Origin: Candidatus Cloacimonadota bacterium
GTDB lineage: Bacteria > Cloacimonadota > Cloacimonadia > JGIOTU-2
Direction of reading: 5' to 3'
Length of the DNA stretch: 64,000 nt
Assembly (NCBI GenBank): GCA_049903315.1
Contig: JBNGBT010000003.1
Span: 32,001-96,000 of the forward strand
Both the position numbers and the translations under genes were made by a program. Positions 10,582 through 21,014 of the stretch are shown in pieces (position 1 is the first letter of the stretch; each line of letters starts with the position of its first letter). The notes beneath the pieces are model-generated. The model made no database searches. It had not been told where the DNA came from and saw only the letters and a list, made by a program, of their open reading frames with translations.

Positions 10582-11349
10582 TTACTCGTACTTCATCTTC
10601 CAAGCTGCATGATACAGCTTATTGCCAAGAATTCTCTGAATAATAAATTTGATATCCTGTTTGAATTTCATTGATTTCCAGAGTTTCCGATCAAGAGATA
10701 CTATTTTATCAAACAACGCTATTGTGCAATTTCTTTTTATTGGAATCCGCCCAAGAGAAAAGAGATTTGTGTCAGCATCATTCGGGTGATATATAGATGT
10801 GCAAAGTGTGTTGTACCCCGCCTTTTGTGCTGCTGCAACAATTCGTTTATTCCCTCTTCCACCTGGAAGCGAAAGGCTTTTTACAGGTTTTTGAACAATA
10901 TTTTCAAGCTGCTTTTTTGATTTTTCCAACTCATAATATAATTTGTCATCTGCAAGATTTGAGAGAAAGACATGATTTACCGTATGAGAGCCGATTTCCA
11001 TACCTTTTTCTGAGAGTGTGCGTATCTGATCCTCTGTAAATCCCATCTCAGAATTTATCAAAGATGTGGTGACGTAGAAAGTTGCTTTAAAATTAAATTT
11101 CTCCAACTCGGGCAGGCAATATTTAAAATTATTAGAATAACCATCATCAAAGGTCAGGCATACATTTTTTGGGGCGTGTTTCTCAAAAGTTTTTTGTTGC
11201 AACACAAAATCTCTTACTGCGATCACATTATACTCATTCTCTTTTAACAATGCTATCTGTACACGGAACTCATCCTTTGTAATAGTATAAGGGTCACCTT
11301 CAGGTAAGATGTTGTGGTACATCAGAAAAGGAACAGCGCTTTTTGCCAT
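10582..11349 (-). CDS. Polysaccharide deacetylase (CE4)
   Basis: LMYH, LTFDDG, IGSHTVNH, SLPGG. Confidence 0.9.
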   Translation of the reverse strand: MAKSAVPFLMYHNILPEGDPYTITKDEFRVQIALLKENEYNVIAVRDFVLQQKTFEKHAPKNVCLTFDDGYSNNFKYCLPELEKFNFKATFYVTTSLINSEMGFTEDQIRTLSEKGMEIGSHTVNHVFLSNLADDKLYYELEKSKKQLENIVQKPVKSLSLPGGRGNKRIVAAAQKAGYNTLCTSIYHPNDADTNLFSLGRIPIKRNCTIALFDKIVSLDRKLWKSMKFKQDIKFIIQRILGNKLYHAAWKMKYE

Positions 11350-11352
11350 TGT

Positions 11353-13260
11353 TTACTTCGAGATAAACTGAACCGGATCAAGAAATGCCCTGGCAACTTC
11401 GGTTGTTCGTAACTGATCAATATCACTTGTATGGAAGAATATGAGCAAATCGTGGGTTCTGTCGAAATCCTGATTTCTTCGAAATTCATAATTTCGCAGC
11501 ATTTTATTCTGAAGAGTATATTTCACATCAATTTCTTGAGCATAAGGCGGCCAGAGCATGAGTGTCACGTCTTTTTTTTGTATGTAATAACCGAATTGGC
11601 TAAGAGCCCAGAATGGTTTGATTGCTATCATAATGCCACCAGACATATTGCTTGCATCTACCCAACGCGAAAGATCCTGATCAAAAAGCAGCTTGCGTCC
11701 CTGGCTTCTCACCTCAGACCTTTCGATGTCAGATTGATACAGAACAACCGGAAGATCCATCTGCACACCCGTATTAGGCGAGTACACCTGGGTAATCTCT
11801 TCTAAATAAGGCATATAGATCGCAGCAGATTCAATTGGGGCAGTTTTGGAAAAGATGAAATCAAGTGAAATTTCCACAAAGCTTTGCTCTGCAAATGCGG
11901 TGATAAGTGCAACGAATTTGCAAAGATCAAAACCGCTATTGCTTCTAAGGTATCCCTGTGCTTGGAAGGTTGTCCGCAATGGTCCTGCTTCAATCATTTC
12001 AATACTGTATGTCGAATAATCAAATGAGCTCTGGTAGAAGATACCGTTATATGTCATTATGATATCTTCCCCTTCAGACAGAACTTCATCATCAGAGTAG
12101 TAACCATCAGCATTTGCATCAAGCCATACTTTATCCAATAATGTGAAATGGTTTTTATTCAAATTAAAGCGCAGTATTCCTGTATTCACCTGTATGACAT
12201 TCTCTTTGTAACGCGTAGTAACACCGGATTTGAAATTCATTTTTGCCAGATCTTTGCCATAAAGAAGGGCAAATTGCTTATCTTCATTTGCTTTGAAGCT
12301 CGTTTGAAAATCGATCTGAGATTCTCTAAAGCTACCATCGTTCCAAGTTGTATTCGCTTTGATCTGATATGGAATATCCTGACCGGATGGTTCTTTGAGA
12401 AGAAGAACTGACTTCTCATATACTTTTCCTGAAGGAAATTCTATTACTCCCGTGCAAGGTGTATTACTAAGGTCGATCTTGTTTGGATTTTTGACTCTGA
12501 ATGTGACAGCATTTCCTTGGGTATAATTTGTTTTTGTAATTTCGTATTCCGGTTGAGATGAAATATCTTTAACTTTCTGTTGAGTTTGAGGAGGTGATGC
12601 AAATATTTTTTCCTCGTATTGTGAAGTTATGAGTTTGACATCATCAATATATACGATTTCATTTTGAGATGGTTTCCATCTGAAGAAATTGAGGTCAACG
12701 ATTTTTTTAATATTGATCTTGTCAGACATTTTGTCGATGGGAATGGAAAATTTGTTCCATTGTTGCGGTTCTAGAAACAGATCATATTTAAACCGATCTT
12801 CACTGCGGTCTTTAATTTGAAGAATTATCCTCACTTTAGATTCAGAAGGATTATATATCTCAAAATTCAGCGCTTCGAAGTTTGACCACCGTTTTGGAAA
12901 ATACTGCAGGAAAAGCTTTGGAGCGCTTCCTAAGTTGGCAAGAAACTCTACTTTCCCGGAGTGGCTTCCGCTTGAAACAAACTGGTTTGACTGATAGAGC
13001 ATGACGTCTTCATGACGCCATTTTTGCAATTCTTCCGGTGTTTCAAAATCACTGAGCATGAGGAATCCACCTTCAGGACTATATCCATCTTTCTCAGCTT
13101 CTTTAAAAACATCACTTGCGTCGTCAATCGAGTCATAAACCGCACTCTGGATCGGTTCAAAAATGTTGGAAATTAATGGAAAAATATCGAGAATATGAAA
13201 TGCAATAACAACACCAACAACAATCAGTATTGAAATGTAATCTCTTTTGTAAAACTTCAT
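11353..13260 (-). CDS. Membrane-anchored protein with CBM-like domain and beta-sandwich domains resembling the N-terminus of YetA/exo-rhamnogalacturonan lyase-like proteins
   Basis: N-terminal TM; SDFET...W..F.IP...IYIDDVKL galactose-binding-like domain; PYQ....WNDGS, VNTGILRF, EAGPLR motifs. Confidence 0.55.
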   Translation of the reverse strand: MKFYKRDYISILIVVGVVIAFHILDIFPLISNIFEPIQSAVYDSIDDASDVFKEAEKDGYSPEGGFLMLSDFETPEELQKWRHEDVMLYQSNQFVSSGSHSGKVEFLANLGSAPKLFLQYFPKRWSNFEALNFEIYNPSESKVRIILQIKDRSEDRFKYDLFLEPQQWNKFSIPIDKMSDKINIKKIVDLNFFRWKPSQNEIVYIDDVKLITSQYEEKIFASPPQTQQKVKDISSQPEYEITKTNYTQGNAVTFRVKNPNKIDLSNTPCTGVIEFPSGKVYEKSVLLLKEPSGQDIPYQIKANTTWNDGSFRESQIDFQTSFKANEDKQFALLYGKDLAKMNFKSGVTTRYKENVIQVNTGILRFNLNKNHFTLLDKVWLDANADGYYSDDEVLSEGEDIIMTYNGIFYQSSFDYSTYSIEMIEAGPLRTTFQAQGYLRSNSGFDLCKFVALITAFAEQSFVEISLDFIFSKTAPIESAAIYMPYLEEITQVYSPNTGVQMDLPVVLYQSDIERSEVRSQGRKLLFDQDLSRWVDASNMSGGIMIAIKPFWALSQFGYYIQKKDVTLMLWPPYAQEIDVKYTLQNKMLRNYEFRRNQDFDRTHDLLIFFHTSDIDQLRTTEVARAFLDPVQFISK

Positions 13261-13264
13261 GATT

Positions 13265-14251
13265 TTACTCTTTTTTTTTATAATATTTTTGAGACTCTTT
13301 TAAAAAAATACCGGTATATCCATATTCGTGAGCGAGTTTGAATGCACATTCTATCTTCGCTCGCACTTGTTCATTTAGAGTTAAATTTTTTGAGTATGGA
13401 GATGTTCCAAGACAGAGTTCATTTGAGTGGAACATAAAATTAATCCATTGGATACCTGACTCAAATAAGCGCCGTGTAATATGTTCAAAGATTTTCACAG
13501 GAATGCGAATATCCGAGGGCCGGAACATCATATTTCCAACTCCTTTATAACCAAAGGAGTAAGCAGCAGAGCGGACAATGCTCATTCCTTTCATATTCTT
13601 GAAAATGTCACCTTTTATTCCGGTAACTGGTACTTCAAGTACGGTGTGAGGATTTTCTGTGTTTGCGTTTTCAGTGATATCATTTTCTGATGGATAAAAG
13701 GGATGATTGGGAATCTTTGAGGAATCACGAGAGATTATTTTTTTGATTCCTGTGATCTTCCTGGTCACATTCGCCGGAGATAATGAGCTGTCCGCAACGT
13801 ATCCATGCTCGTAAAGCCAGTGCAGTGTTCTCGCATCTACTCCCCATTTACCAGCCCTATGAGAACGAGCAGTAATTCCAAAGTTTTTCACAATTGCTTC
13901 ATCTAAACGTGACATTTTGAGGTCGAAGAGGTCTTGAGGTAATTCAGCCTGGATACCCTCGAGCATGGTTTCTTCAACGCCAAATTTGTTGGGTTTAAAG
14001 AATGGTGGAGTACTCCACACATGCAGATGATGGCCGATTTCACAAAGATGCTTGTCAGCATATTTTTTCAGAATATTGACCGACTCACTCTTCGTGGCGA
14101 CCTCGTAGGTAATAAGATAGGTTGGTTTCAGATGATATTTCTCACATAATTCTTGAACGAAGTGAATGCCAAAAATATTTGTTACCCGATTTTCCTTAAA
14201 TGAAAACCAGTCAGCTTCAGTGTCGATAGTTATAAGAAAATACTTCATCAT
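13265..14251 (-). CDS. Polysaccharide deacetylase family protein (WalW-like)
   Basis: FLITIDTEAD, KPTYL, EIGHHLHVWSTPP, HRAGKW, LEVPVT, FMFHSNE. Confidence 0.85.
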   Translation of the reverse strand: MMKYFLITIDTEADWFSFKENRVTNIFGIHFVQELCEKYHLKPTYLITYEVATKSESVNILKKYADKHLCEIGHHLHVWSTPPFFKPNKFGVEETMLEGIQAELPQDLFDLKMSRLDEAIVKNFGITARSHRAGKWGVDARTLHWLYEHGYVADSSLSPANVTRKITGIKKIISRDSSKIPNHPFYPSENDITENANTENPHTVLEVPVTGIKGDIFKNMKGMSIVRSAAYSFGYKGVGNMMFRPSDIRIPVKIFEHITRRLFESGIQWINFMFHSNELCLGTSPYSKNLTLNEQVRAKIECAFKLAHEYGYTGIFLKESQKYYKKKE

Positions 14252-16490
14252 TAATTAATTTCTTATTTTTCAATACATTCCTGTACGTTAAAACCGTATC
14301 ATTAATCATCTTTTCCATAGAAAAAATTTCTTTTACTCTTTGTTGTCCATTTTTTCCGAAATATTCTCCCAGCTCAGGATCTTCAAGGATTTTTATAATC
14401 GCCCGCGCAAGCTTTTCGGGATCATTTGGTGGAACTAGAAAACCTGTTTTTCCTTCCACGACAAGCTCAGGATTTCCTCCAACTGCAGTTGCAACAACAG
14501 GTTTGCATAGTGCCATTGATTCAAGAATGACATTTGAGCACCCCTCGACGACTGAGGTTAGAACCGAAACATCTACTGCATTAATATAATCAAGATAATC
14601 AACGGAATGATCTTTCAAGATTATGCCCTGTTCAATATCGAGTTCATCTAATATTGATTGTATTGATTCTCCGGTCATGCCATCACCCATTGCAAGAAAT
14701 GTAACGTTCTTGTGGTAAGATAGAATGATTTTTGCGGCTTTAAAAAATGTAATATGATCTTTAACCGGATCATTTCTCGCAAAGATGCCAACTAATTGGT
14801 CATGTGTATCCAAAGTAAGATTTTTCCTAACCGCTACTGCTGGTTGTTTGCACTTCATATTCTTTAGGTCAATTCCATTGTAAATTGTACGAATAATTTT
14901 TGGGTTTATTTGTTCTTTGCAAATAAGAAATGAGGTGATTTTATGAACATTTACGAGGATTCGGTCAGTGAAGCATGCAAGAATCCTATCAGTCAGAATG
15001 TGCAGTCTGTTTTTCCACGTATCCACACTACGTAATGAAGTGATAATGGAAGGTATTCGCGCACATACTGCAGCAATCCTTCCATATGTGTCTGCAGTAA
15101 AAAGATAGGTATGAACGATATCAAATGAATTATCCTTGATAAATTTGTACAGCGAAAACAATGCTTTGAGGTCGATGAAACCACTTTGGTAGATCGAGTG
15201 GACAGGGATATCACTCTCTTGAATCTCTCTCGCGAGACCTGCTCTGGTTCCATCGAGATTACACACCGTGATCTGAAATTCAGCACGCGGTAATCTTTTC
15301 ACTAGTTCAATTATCTGGCGCTGTGCTCCCCCGGGATCGAGATGATCGATAATGAGGAGAAGTTTAGTTTTTCTTCGCGGAGCCCCTTCTTTCAAAAAAA
15401 TACCTGATAGAAGTTGTTCGGTCTTTTTTGTCATAATCACCGAAGTAAAATTTTCCCGAACGTTCTTCTGCCCAAATTGTGCAATTTTTTTTGCTGTTTC
15501 TGTATTATCAATCAGAAAATTGATCTTTTGGGTAAGTTCTTCCGTATTATTGGGTTGTATTATAAAGCCATCTATCCCATCTGAAATAATTTCTTTGTTA
15601 CCGCCGACATCTGTAACTATAGCGGGAATACCCGAAGCCATAGCTTCAAGTACTGTTATTGGAAAACCTTCCCGCCGGGAAGGGAGCACAAAAAGATCGA
15701 GAATCTGATATAATTCAGGTATATCTGACCTGAAACCTGCAAATGCAACGTGTTTTGCAAGTCCTAAATCTGCGGCTAATTTTTTAATAATATCTACTGT
15801 GGGACCACTCCCTGCAAAAAGAACTTTTACTTGAGGATGGGCTTTGATAATATTTTTCAGGGATTGAAGGAGTAATTCATGAGCTTTTGCAGGAACAAAA
15901 CGACCAAAAAGACCGATGATATAATCATTATCCTTAAAGCCGAACTCTTTTCTTTTTTTGTTTTTATCAAAGGAAATATTAAACTTTTCAATATCAATAC
16001 CATTGTTAATAATCTCAAATTTTCTTGGAGGAATTTTTGATTTCGTATGATGGAATACTTTTACACTCGAAGAAACCGCAATGATCCTACTTGAAATCCG
16101 AGCTAGAAATCTGTCCGCAAGGTGATAATACCAGGGTCGTTTTTCATCAGTGGTATGTTCGGTGGCGATTATTATTTTCACCCGAGATAAATAAGCGGCA
16201 ATCCTCCCCCAGAAATTAGAAGTCCACAAATGGGTAATGACTATATCAATTTTTTTTTTCGAGATAACCCTTGAAATTTTATAAATAATGAAAGGATCGA
16301 GTTTTGGAAGCTTATGAAGAGCAATAACTTCAGTGCCGAGTTGCTCTAATTCGTTTGCAAAGAATCCTTTTTGGTTAAGACAGCAGATGGTAATATTGAA
16401 TTGAGCCCTATCAGCATTTTTTGCAAGATCGAGCACAACTCTTTCGGCTCCCCCCTGATCAAGTGACCAAATGATGTAAAGAACGTTCAT
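14217..16490 (-). CDS. Tandem double glycosyltransferase family 4
   Basis: Two GT-B units, each with GGA(E/Q)R and EG(F/C)...LE(A/S)MA...P...T.VGGN.E. Confidence 0.92.
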   Translation of the reverse strand: MNVLYIIWSLDQGGAERVVLDLAKNADRAQFNITICCLNQKGFFANELEQLGTEVIALHKLPKLDPFIIYKISRVISKKKIDIVITHLWTSNFWGRIAAYLSRVKIIIATEHTTDEKRPWYYHLADRFLARISSRIIAVSSSVKVFHHTKSKIPPRKFEIINNGIDIEKFNISFDKNKKRKEFGFKDNDYIIGLFGRFVPAKAHELLLQSLKNIIKAHPQVKVLFAGSGPTVDIIKKLAADLGLAKHVAFAGFRSDIPELYQILDLFVLPSRREGFPITVLEAMASGIPAIVTDVGGNKEIISDGIDGFIIQPNNTEELTQKINFLIDNTETAKKIAQFGQKNVRENFTSVIMTKKTEQLLSGIFLKEGAPRRKTKLLLIIDHLDPGGAQRQIIELVKRLPRAEFQITVCNLDGTRAGLAREIQESDIPVHSIYQSGFIDLKALFSLYKFIKDNSFDIVHTYLFTADTYGRIAAVCARIPSIITSLRSVDTWKNRLHILTDRILACFTDRILVNVHKITSFLICKEQINPKIIRTIYNGIDLKNMKCKQPAVAVRKNLTLDTHDQLVGIFARNDPVKDHITFFKAAKIILSYHKNVTFLAMGDGMTGESIQSILDELDIEQGIILKDHSVDYLDYINAVDVSVLTSVVEGCSNVILESMALCKPVVATAVGGNPELVVEGKTGFLVPPNDPEKLARAIIKILEDPELGEYFGKNGQQRVKEIFSMEKMINDTVLTYRNVLKNKKLINDEVFSYNYRH

Positions 16491-17713
16491 TATATATGGG
16501 CTCTCTCTATAAAAATTGAAACCAGTTCTCTGATGTTTTTCTTAATATCGAATTTTTCTTCAACGAGCTTCCTTCCATTTGACGCATATATTTTAGCTTC
16601 TTTTGGATCATTAATAAACTTGATCATTGCTTCTGCAAGCTGAACAGAATCTCTCGGCTCAACGGCAATGCCGGTTACATGATTTATAATTATTTCAGGT
16701 ATTCCCGAAACAGTTGTTGAAATAACCGGTGTGCGCATTGCGAGTGATTCGATCATCACGTTGGGGATACCATCTCTATCTCCGTTTTTTGAGATCACGC
16801 AAGGCAGCACGAACATTCTCGTTTTATTGAACATTTCAAAAATGTAGGATTGTGGCTTCATCCCATCAAGGAAAACAGATTCTTTCAATCCCAGTTCGTC
16901 AATTTGTGAGGAAAGGGCATTTCTGTCAGGTCCTTCACCAATGATGACGCATCTGAATTGATGACCTTTATCCCGAAGGATAGCACATGCTTCGATCAAA
17001 TATGGAAAACCCTTCTGTTCACACAGTCTGCCAATAGAAAAGATCAGTTTATCATCAATTTCTTTTCTGATTTCCGGTAGAGTATCAAAATCAATACCGT
17101 GGTAGTTAAGGAATATTTTATCCTTCTCTTTCTGTCCAAGTAATGAGTCCAAATACTTTTTATTATAACCAGTGCATGTGGCGACGAATTCTGCTCTTTG
17201 TACTTTTTCTTCCAGCATCGGATTTTTGAGAAAAATATCCCAGGCGTGAGCAGTAAAACTAAAAGGAATTCCAAGAATTTCAGAAATTATAACAGCGCTT
17301 GTTGTGGGAATTGTCGCCCAGTGTGCATGGATGTGGGAAATCTTCCTGATTCGCATTAATCGTGCATAATAAAGGGAGATCGGTAATATTGCAAGTGATT
17401 TAATAAGGAATTCGAATGATGTATAATTTTGCTGTATCAAATATACAATCAACCTAAAGAGTATAACTGGTTTTTTCCACAAAAAGAAAAAAAATGCGTA
17501 GAGAATTTGTGGTGACAACAGAGATGAATAATGCGTTTTTCTAAGAAATTCTTTAGCCTGTGGATGAATTACCTTGTCTTTGCATTTTTTTAATGAGAAA
17601 AGTTCGGGCTCGATGCCATTTTTTTTTAGCTCAATAATTTCTCTTAAAATAAAGGTTTCGTGTGTCTCGGGGAACTGAGAAAATATATATGCTATTTTAT
17701 TGCAGTTCTTCAT
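16490..17713 (-). CDS. Glycosyltransferase family 4 (WcaL-like)
   Basis: FP..HETFI.REI, HIHAHWA, SFTAHAWDI, GRL..QKG, DRDGIPNVMIES. Confidence 0.92.
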   Translation of the reverse strand: MKNCNKIAYIFSQFPETHETFILREIIELKKNGIEPELFSLKKCKDKVIHPQAKEFLRKTHYSSLLSPQILYAFFFFLWKKPVILFRLIVYLIQQNYTSFEFLIKSLAILPISLYYARLMRIRKISHIHAHWATIPTTSAVIISEILGIPFSFTAHAWDIFLKNPMLEEKVQRAEFVATCTGYNKKYLDSLLGQKEKDKIFLNYHGIDFDTLPEIRKEIDDKLIFSIGRLCEQKGFPYLIEACAILRDKGHQFRCVIIGEGPDRNALSSQIDELGLKESVFLDGMKPQSYIFEMFNKTRMFVLPCVISKNGDRDGIPNVMIESLAMRTPVISTTVSGIPEIIINHVTGIAVEPRDSVQLAEAMIKFINDPKEAKIYASNGRKLVEEKFDIKKNIRELVSIFIERAHI

Positions 17714-19187
17714 TCGATCGCGCTCTTTTTTTATTTTCGTCTATCATATCCTGAATAATTATCATTTTGAGTCTCTGCATAAGGGCGGCAATGATCCAGA
17801 ATTGTCCTGCTATTTCGAGAGAATTCATTCTTGAACCAAACATACATGCAACGGCAAGTCCAATGATACTTCCCATAAAACCAAGAGCACAACCTTTAAA
17901 GAAATTATCTTTTGAATTCCGGAATACCCATAAGGTTGTTAGAAAAACAACCACAAGCAGGGAGAGGAACACCAGTAAGGCGAATAGGCCCATCTCTGCA
18001 GCGATTCTAAGATATGTATTATGGGCATCACGAGGGACATCGATTTCTGAGTAATCCATAATGTAGTAGTTGAACGTTCCAAAACCAAATCCAAGAACAG
18101 GATTTTGCTTTATCATGTTTATTGCGCCCTTCCAGATTATGATTCTATCAGCTGAGCTTTTGTCAACTGTCTCTTCCACGGATTGTTCTAAATAGGTCTG
18201 CTGCTTTGAAAATGTAGACCTAAATCTTCCCTCAATACTCTCAGGTAGTATCGAGGGATTAATGAAGATAAGGATGACAAGGAGGATTCCCGGAATAATC
18301 AACTTTTTGCTTCTTGATATCACCGCAATAAATAAGGTGCCCGTTCCAAATGCAAGCCATGTCCCTCGGGAATATGTAACATGAGCACCTCTTGCACATA
18401 GCAGGAAGAGGAGCATATAAGCCCAGCTTTTAATTTTATGCACATTATAAACAAATACTCCGAGAAGTAAGGGTCCATAATTAACAAAAAAAGTACCAAG
18501 AGTATTTGGATTACCCGCAATTCCACCAATTCTAGCTTTTGTCCACGTTGAAACATTACCAACATCTGCATGTTCACGAAGTGTGATCAAAGCTACGACA
18601 ACAACGGAAATCATGATGATAGTCAAAACCTTTTTAACAGATTCTCTATCTCGCACATTGTTAACAACAACAACATACAAAAACATGGGGACATACCATC
18701 TCCAAAAAATAAAAATTGGACTCTCACCACCAAGATGTCCTAACAAAAAACTTCCTTGTATCAGGGAAATTATACCTAATAGAGCAAAAAGTAACAAAGG
18801 AAAGTTCAAGGGGGTACTTACAAGGAAACGCTCTTTACCTGATTCATGGCTAACGAACCATGCAAATAGTGTGATTAAAAGAAGCGCATTAGTGAAGTTC
18901 ACTGCAGTGGTGAGATCACCAATGATGATTTTACTAAATGGGACATAGAGAGCAATTGCATATATTGGAATTTCTGGTTTACTCAACGAAAAGAAGAAAA
19001 CAAGTGATAAAGCAAAATAACAAAAGGCGATAAACATCCTTGATTCAATATCAAGATAAACGACGATGGCTTGTAAAATGATAAAAAAGGAAACGATAAA
19101 ATAAAATAATCTATTGCTTGTTAAGGATTGTATAGCTGTACCTGATTGGAATCCAGGTGCATAGGTCAATGTTCCTTGGTTTATCAT
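17697..19187 (-). CDS. O-antigen ligase/Wzy polymerase family membrane protein
   Basis: Many TM segments; RIGG...NPN, TYSRG, R...WKGA..MI...P..G.G, AHNTYL...AEMG. Confidence 0.88.
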   Translation of the reverse strand: MINQGTLTYAPGFQSGTAIQSLTSNRLFYFIVSFFIILQAIVVYLDIESRMFIAFCYFALSLVFFFSLSKPEIPIYAIALYVPFSKIIIGDLTTAVNFTNALLLITLFAWFVSHESGKERFLVSTPLNFPLLLFALLGIISLIQGSFLLGHLGGESPIFIFWRWYVPMFLYVVVVNNVRDRESVKKVLTIIMISVVVVALITLREHADVGNVSTWTKARIGGIAGNPNTLGTFFVNYGPLLLGVFVYNVHKIKSWAYMLLFLLCARGAHVTYSRGTWLAFGTGTLFIAVISRSKKLIIPGILLVILIFINPSILPESIEGRFRSTFSKQQTYLEQSVEETVDKSSADRIIIWKGAINMIKQNPVLGFGFGTFNYYIMDYSEIDVPRDAHNTYLRIAAEMGLFALLVFLSLLVVVFLTTLWVFRNSKDNFFKGCALGFMGSIIGLAVACMFGSRMNSLEIAGQFWIIAALMQRLKMIIIQDMIDENKKRARSNEELQ

Positions 19188-19274
19188 ATTAATAAAATCT
19201 TATTCGAAGTATTATTTAAATTACCAGATTAAGTTTTTGAGTATTGATTAGCTTTAATAACAATGAAAAAATTA

Positions 19275-20342
19275 TTATCCCATCTTAGGTATAACTCCCA
19301 CAACAGGAACGCTAAGCAATCTTTCTATGTCAATGGGTTTTTTAACATAATCCTTTAGGAAATCAACCATAATAGGAAGACCGATTGCCACAAAAAGTGC
19401 AAAAATGAATCCGATAAGCCTTGTTTTCATAGTACTGGATCCAGTAGGCTTGTCTGCAACTTGAGGAACATCAATTACTTGAATATCACTTTTAACAAGT
19501 CTATCCCAAACAAGAATTTCTCTTAATTTATTATACCATGCATTATAGTTTGCTCTACAGGACTTGACCTCTGATGAAAGTCTTGCTAGCTCCGGATCGA
19601 TCTGCTCGACCTCCCACTCCTCTTGATAATCATAATGGACGGGAATACCAATATATTGCTTGTATTTGATATAATTTTCTTCTGCAGTGTTGAGTTTTTG
19701 AGATGCAGTTTCAAGTTCTTCTTCAATAAATTTCTTTGCAGATATTGCATCTTCCTTATTTTCTTGTAGATTCATCCCCTGCCAAAGGGTAATATAGGCA
19801 TCAACTATTTCGTAGGAAATTTCCGGATCTTGTGTTGTGGCCGATATTGTAAGCACACCATCTCCCCGATATCTAATAGAGGTGCTTTCTTCAACTCTGG
19901 CAAGAACACTTTTTTCCATTTCTTGCGTACTTTGATTATCATCTGCCGATTTCCCCAAAATTCTCTTAAAAGAATTATAGGCCTTTGTGCCAATTAATTT
20001 TTTAATTCTTTGCATTACCCGTTCTTTTAAATTAAGAGTGTTATACAATTCAAAAAAAGTTTTTTCGGGAAGAGATCTAATTACAGCCTTAGAAAAATCC
20101 AATGAGCGCAAGCGCACCATTTCTTTTGTAATATCAATACGTGATGAGCCGCGCCTGAAAATGATTTCCTCACTCTTTAAAGGCACTTTTTCAATAAATA
20201 GTATTGCCTCACTCTTATAATTAGAAACAATCTCAAAGCTAATAAAAAATATTGGGATAAAAATACATAAGAAGACAATGATAATCTGCTTCTTGTGCTC
20301 CTTAAGTACTTGAGTATATTCGGTTAAGTCAATTTGCTGCAT
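19275..20342 (-). CDS. Polysaccharide co-polymerase / chain length determinant (Wzz/GumC family)
   Basis: N- and C-terminal TMs, coiled-coil middle, IQVID.P, DIERLL.VPVVGVIP. Confidence 0.85.
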   Translation of the reverse strand: MQQIDLTEYTQVLKEHKKQIIIVFLCIFIPIFFISFEIVSNYKSEAILFIEKVPLKSEEIIFRRGSSRIDITKEMVRLRSLDFSKAVIRSLPEKTFFELYNTLNLKERVMQRIKKLIGTKAYNSFKRILGKSADDNQSTQEMEKSVLARVEESTSIRYRGDGVLTISATTQDPEISYEIVDAYITLWQGMNLQENKEDAISAKKFIEEELETASQKLNTAEENYIKYKQYIGIPVHYDYQEEWEVEQIDPELARLSSEVKSCRANYNAWYNKLREILVWDRLVKSDIQVIDVPQVADKPTGSSTMKTRLIGFIFALFVAIGLPIMVDFLKDYVKKPIDIERLLSVPVVGVIPKMG

Positions 20343-20345
20343 ATC

Positions 20346-21011
20346 TTACTTTACCTCTATTATACCTTTTTTCTTCTTCTCCTGAGGAACAAATTTATTA
20401 TTCATTACCACTCCAAAAATGCTGCTTCCTGCCAGATTTATCAACTCATTTGATTTTAATACAGAATTCTTTCTTGTGCGTCTGGCAAGTACGACGAGTA
20501 AAACGATGTCCATTAACGAACTGAGGATCGCAGGATCAATATTTCCTCTGTTAGATGCCAATATTGGAGAAGATTCAACCATGGTAATATCTGCAGACTG
20601 ACGGAATTCTTCTATCACGAATCGCAGATCATTAAAAGATTGAGCAACAATGCCTCCATAGGTTCCGCTTGTGATGATTTTGAGGTTTGGAAAATCTGTG
20701 GTTTTTAAAGCGTCTTCGTAATGGACTTTATCATTGATAATATCAGTAACTCCGTTTTCTTTTGGGAGTCCAAATATTTTATGCAACTGTGGATTTCTGA
20801 GGTTCATGTCTACCAGGAGAATTCTCTGGGGAGTGTTTTTGATGAAATTCAAGGCAAGGTTTACTGCCATGAAGGTTTTTCCTTCTGCATCACCGCTGCT
20901 TGTAAAGAGAATCGTTTTACCATTCTGCTTTTGAATTTCCTTGGAAATAATCTTGTTCATTCTATTGAATTCTACAAAATTATACGTTTTGAGATCTTTT
21001 GTTGGGTTCAT
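20346..21011 (-). CDS. CpsD/CapB-family tyrosine-kinase-like ATPase (degenerate, SypD-like)
   Basis: TSSGDAEGKT, LLVDMNLRNP, GVVMN; no C-terminal tyrosine cluster. Confidence 0.85.
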   Translation of the reverse strand: MNPTKDLKTYNFVEFNRMNKIISKEIQKQNGKTILFTSSGDAEGKTFMAVNLALNFIKNTPQRILLVDMNLRNPQLHKIFGLPKENGVTDIINDKVHYEDALKTTDFPNLKIITSGTYGGIVAQSFNDLRFVIEEFRQSADITMVESSPILASNRGNIDPAILSSLMDIVLLVVLARRTRKNSVLKSNELINLAGSSIFGVVMNNKFVPQEKKKKGIIEVK

Positions 21012-21014
21012 AGT

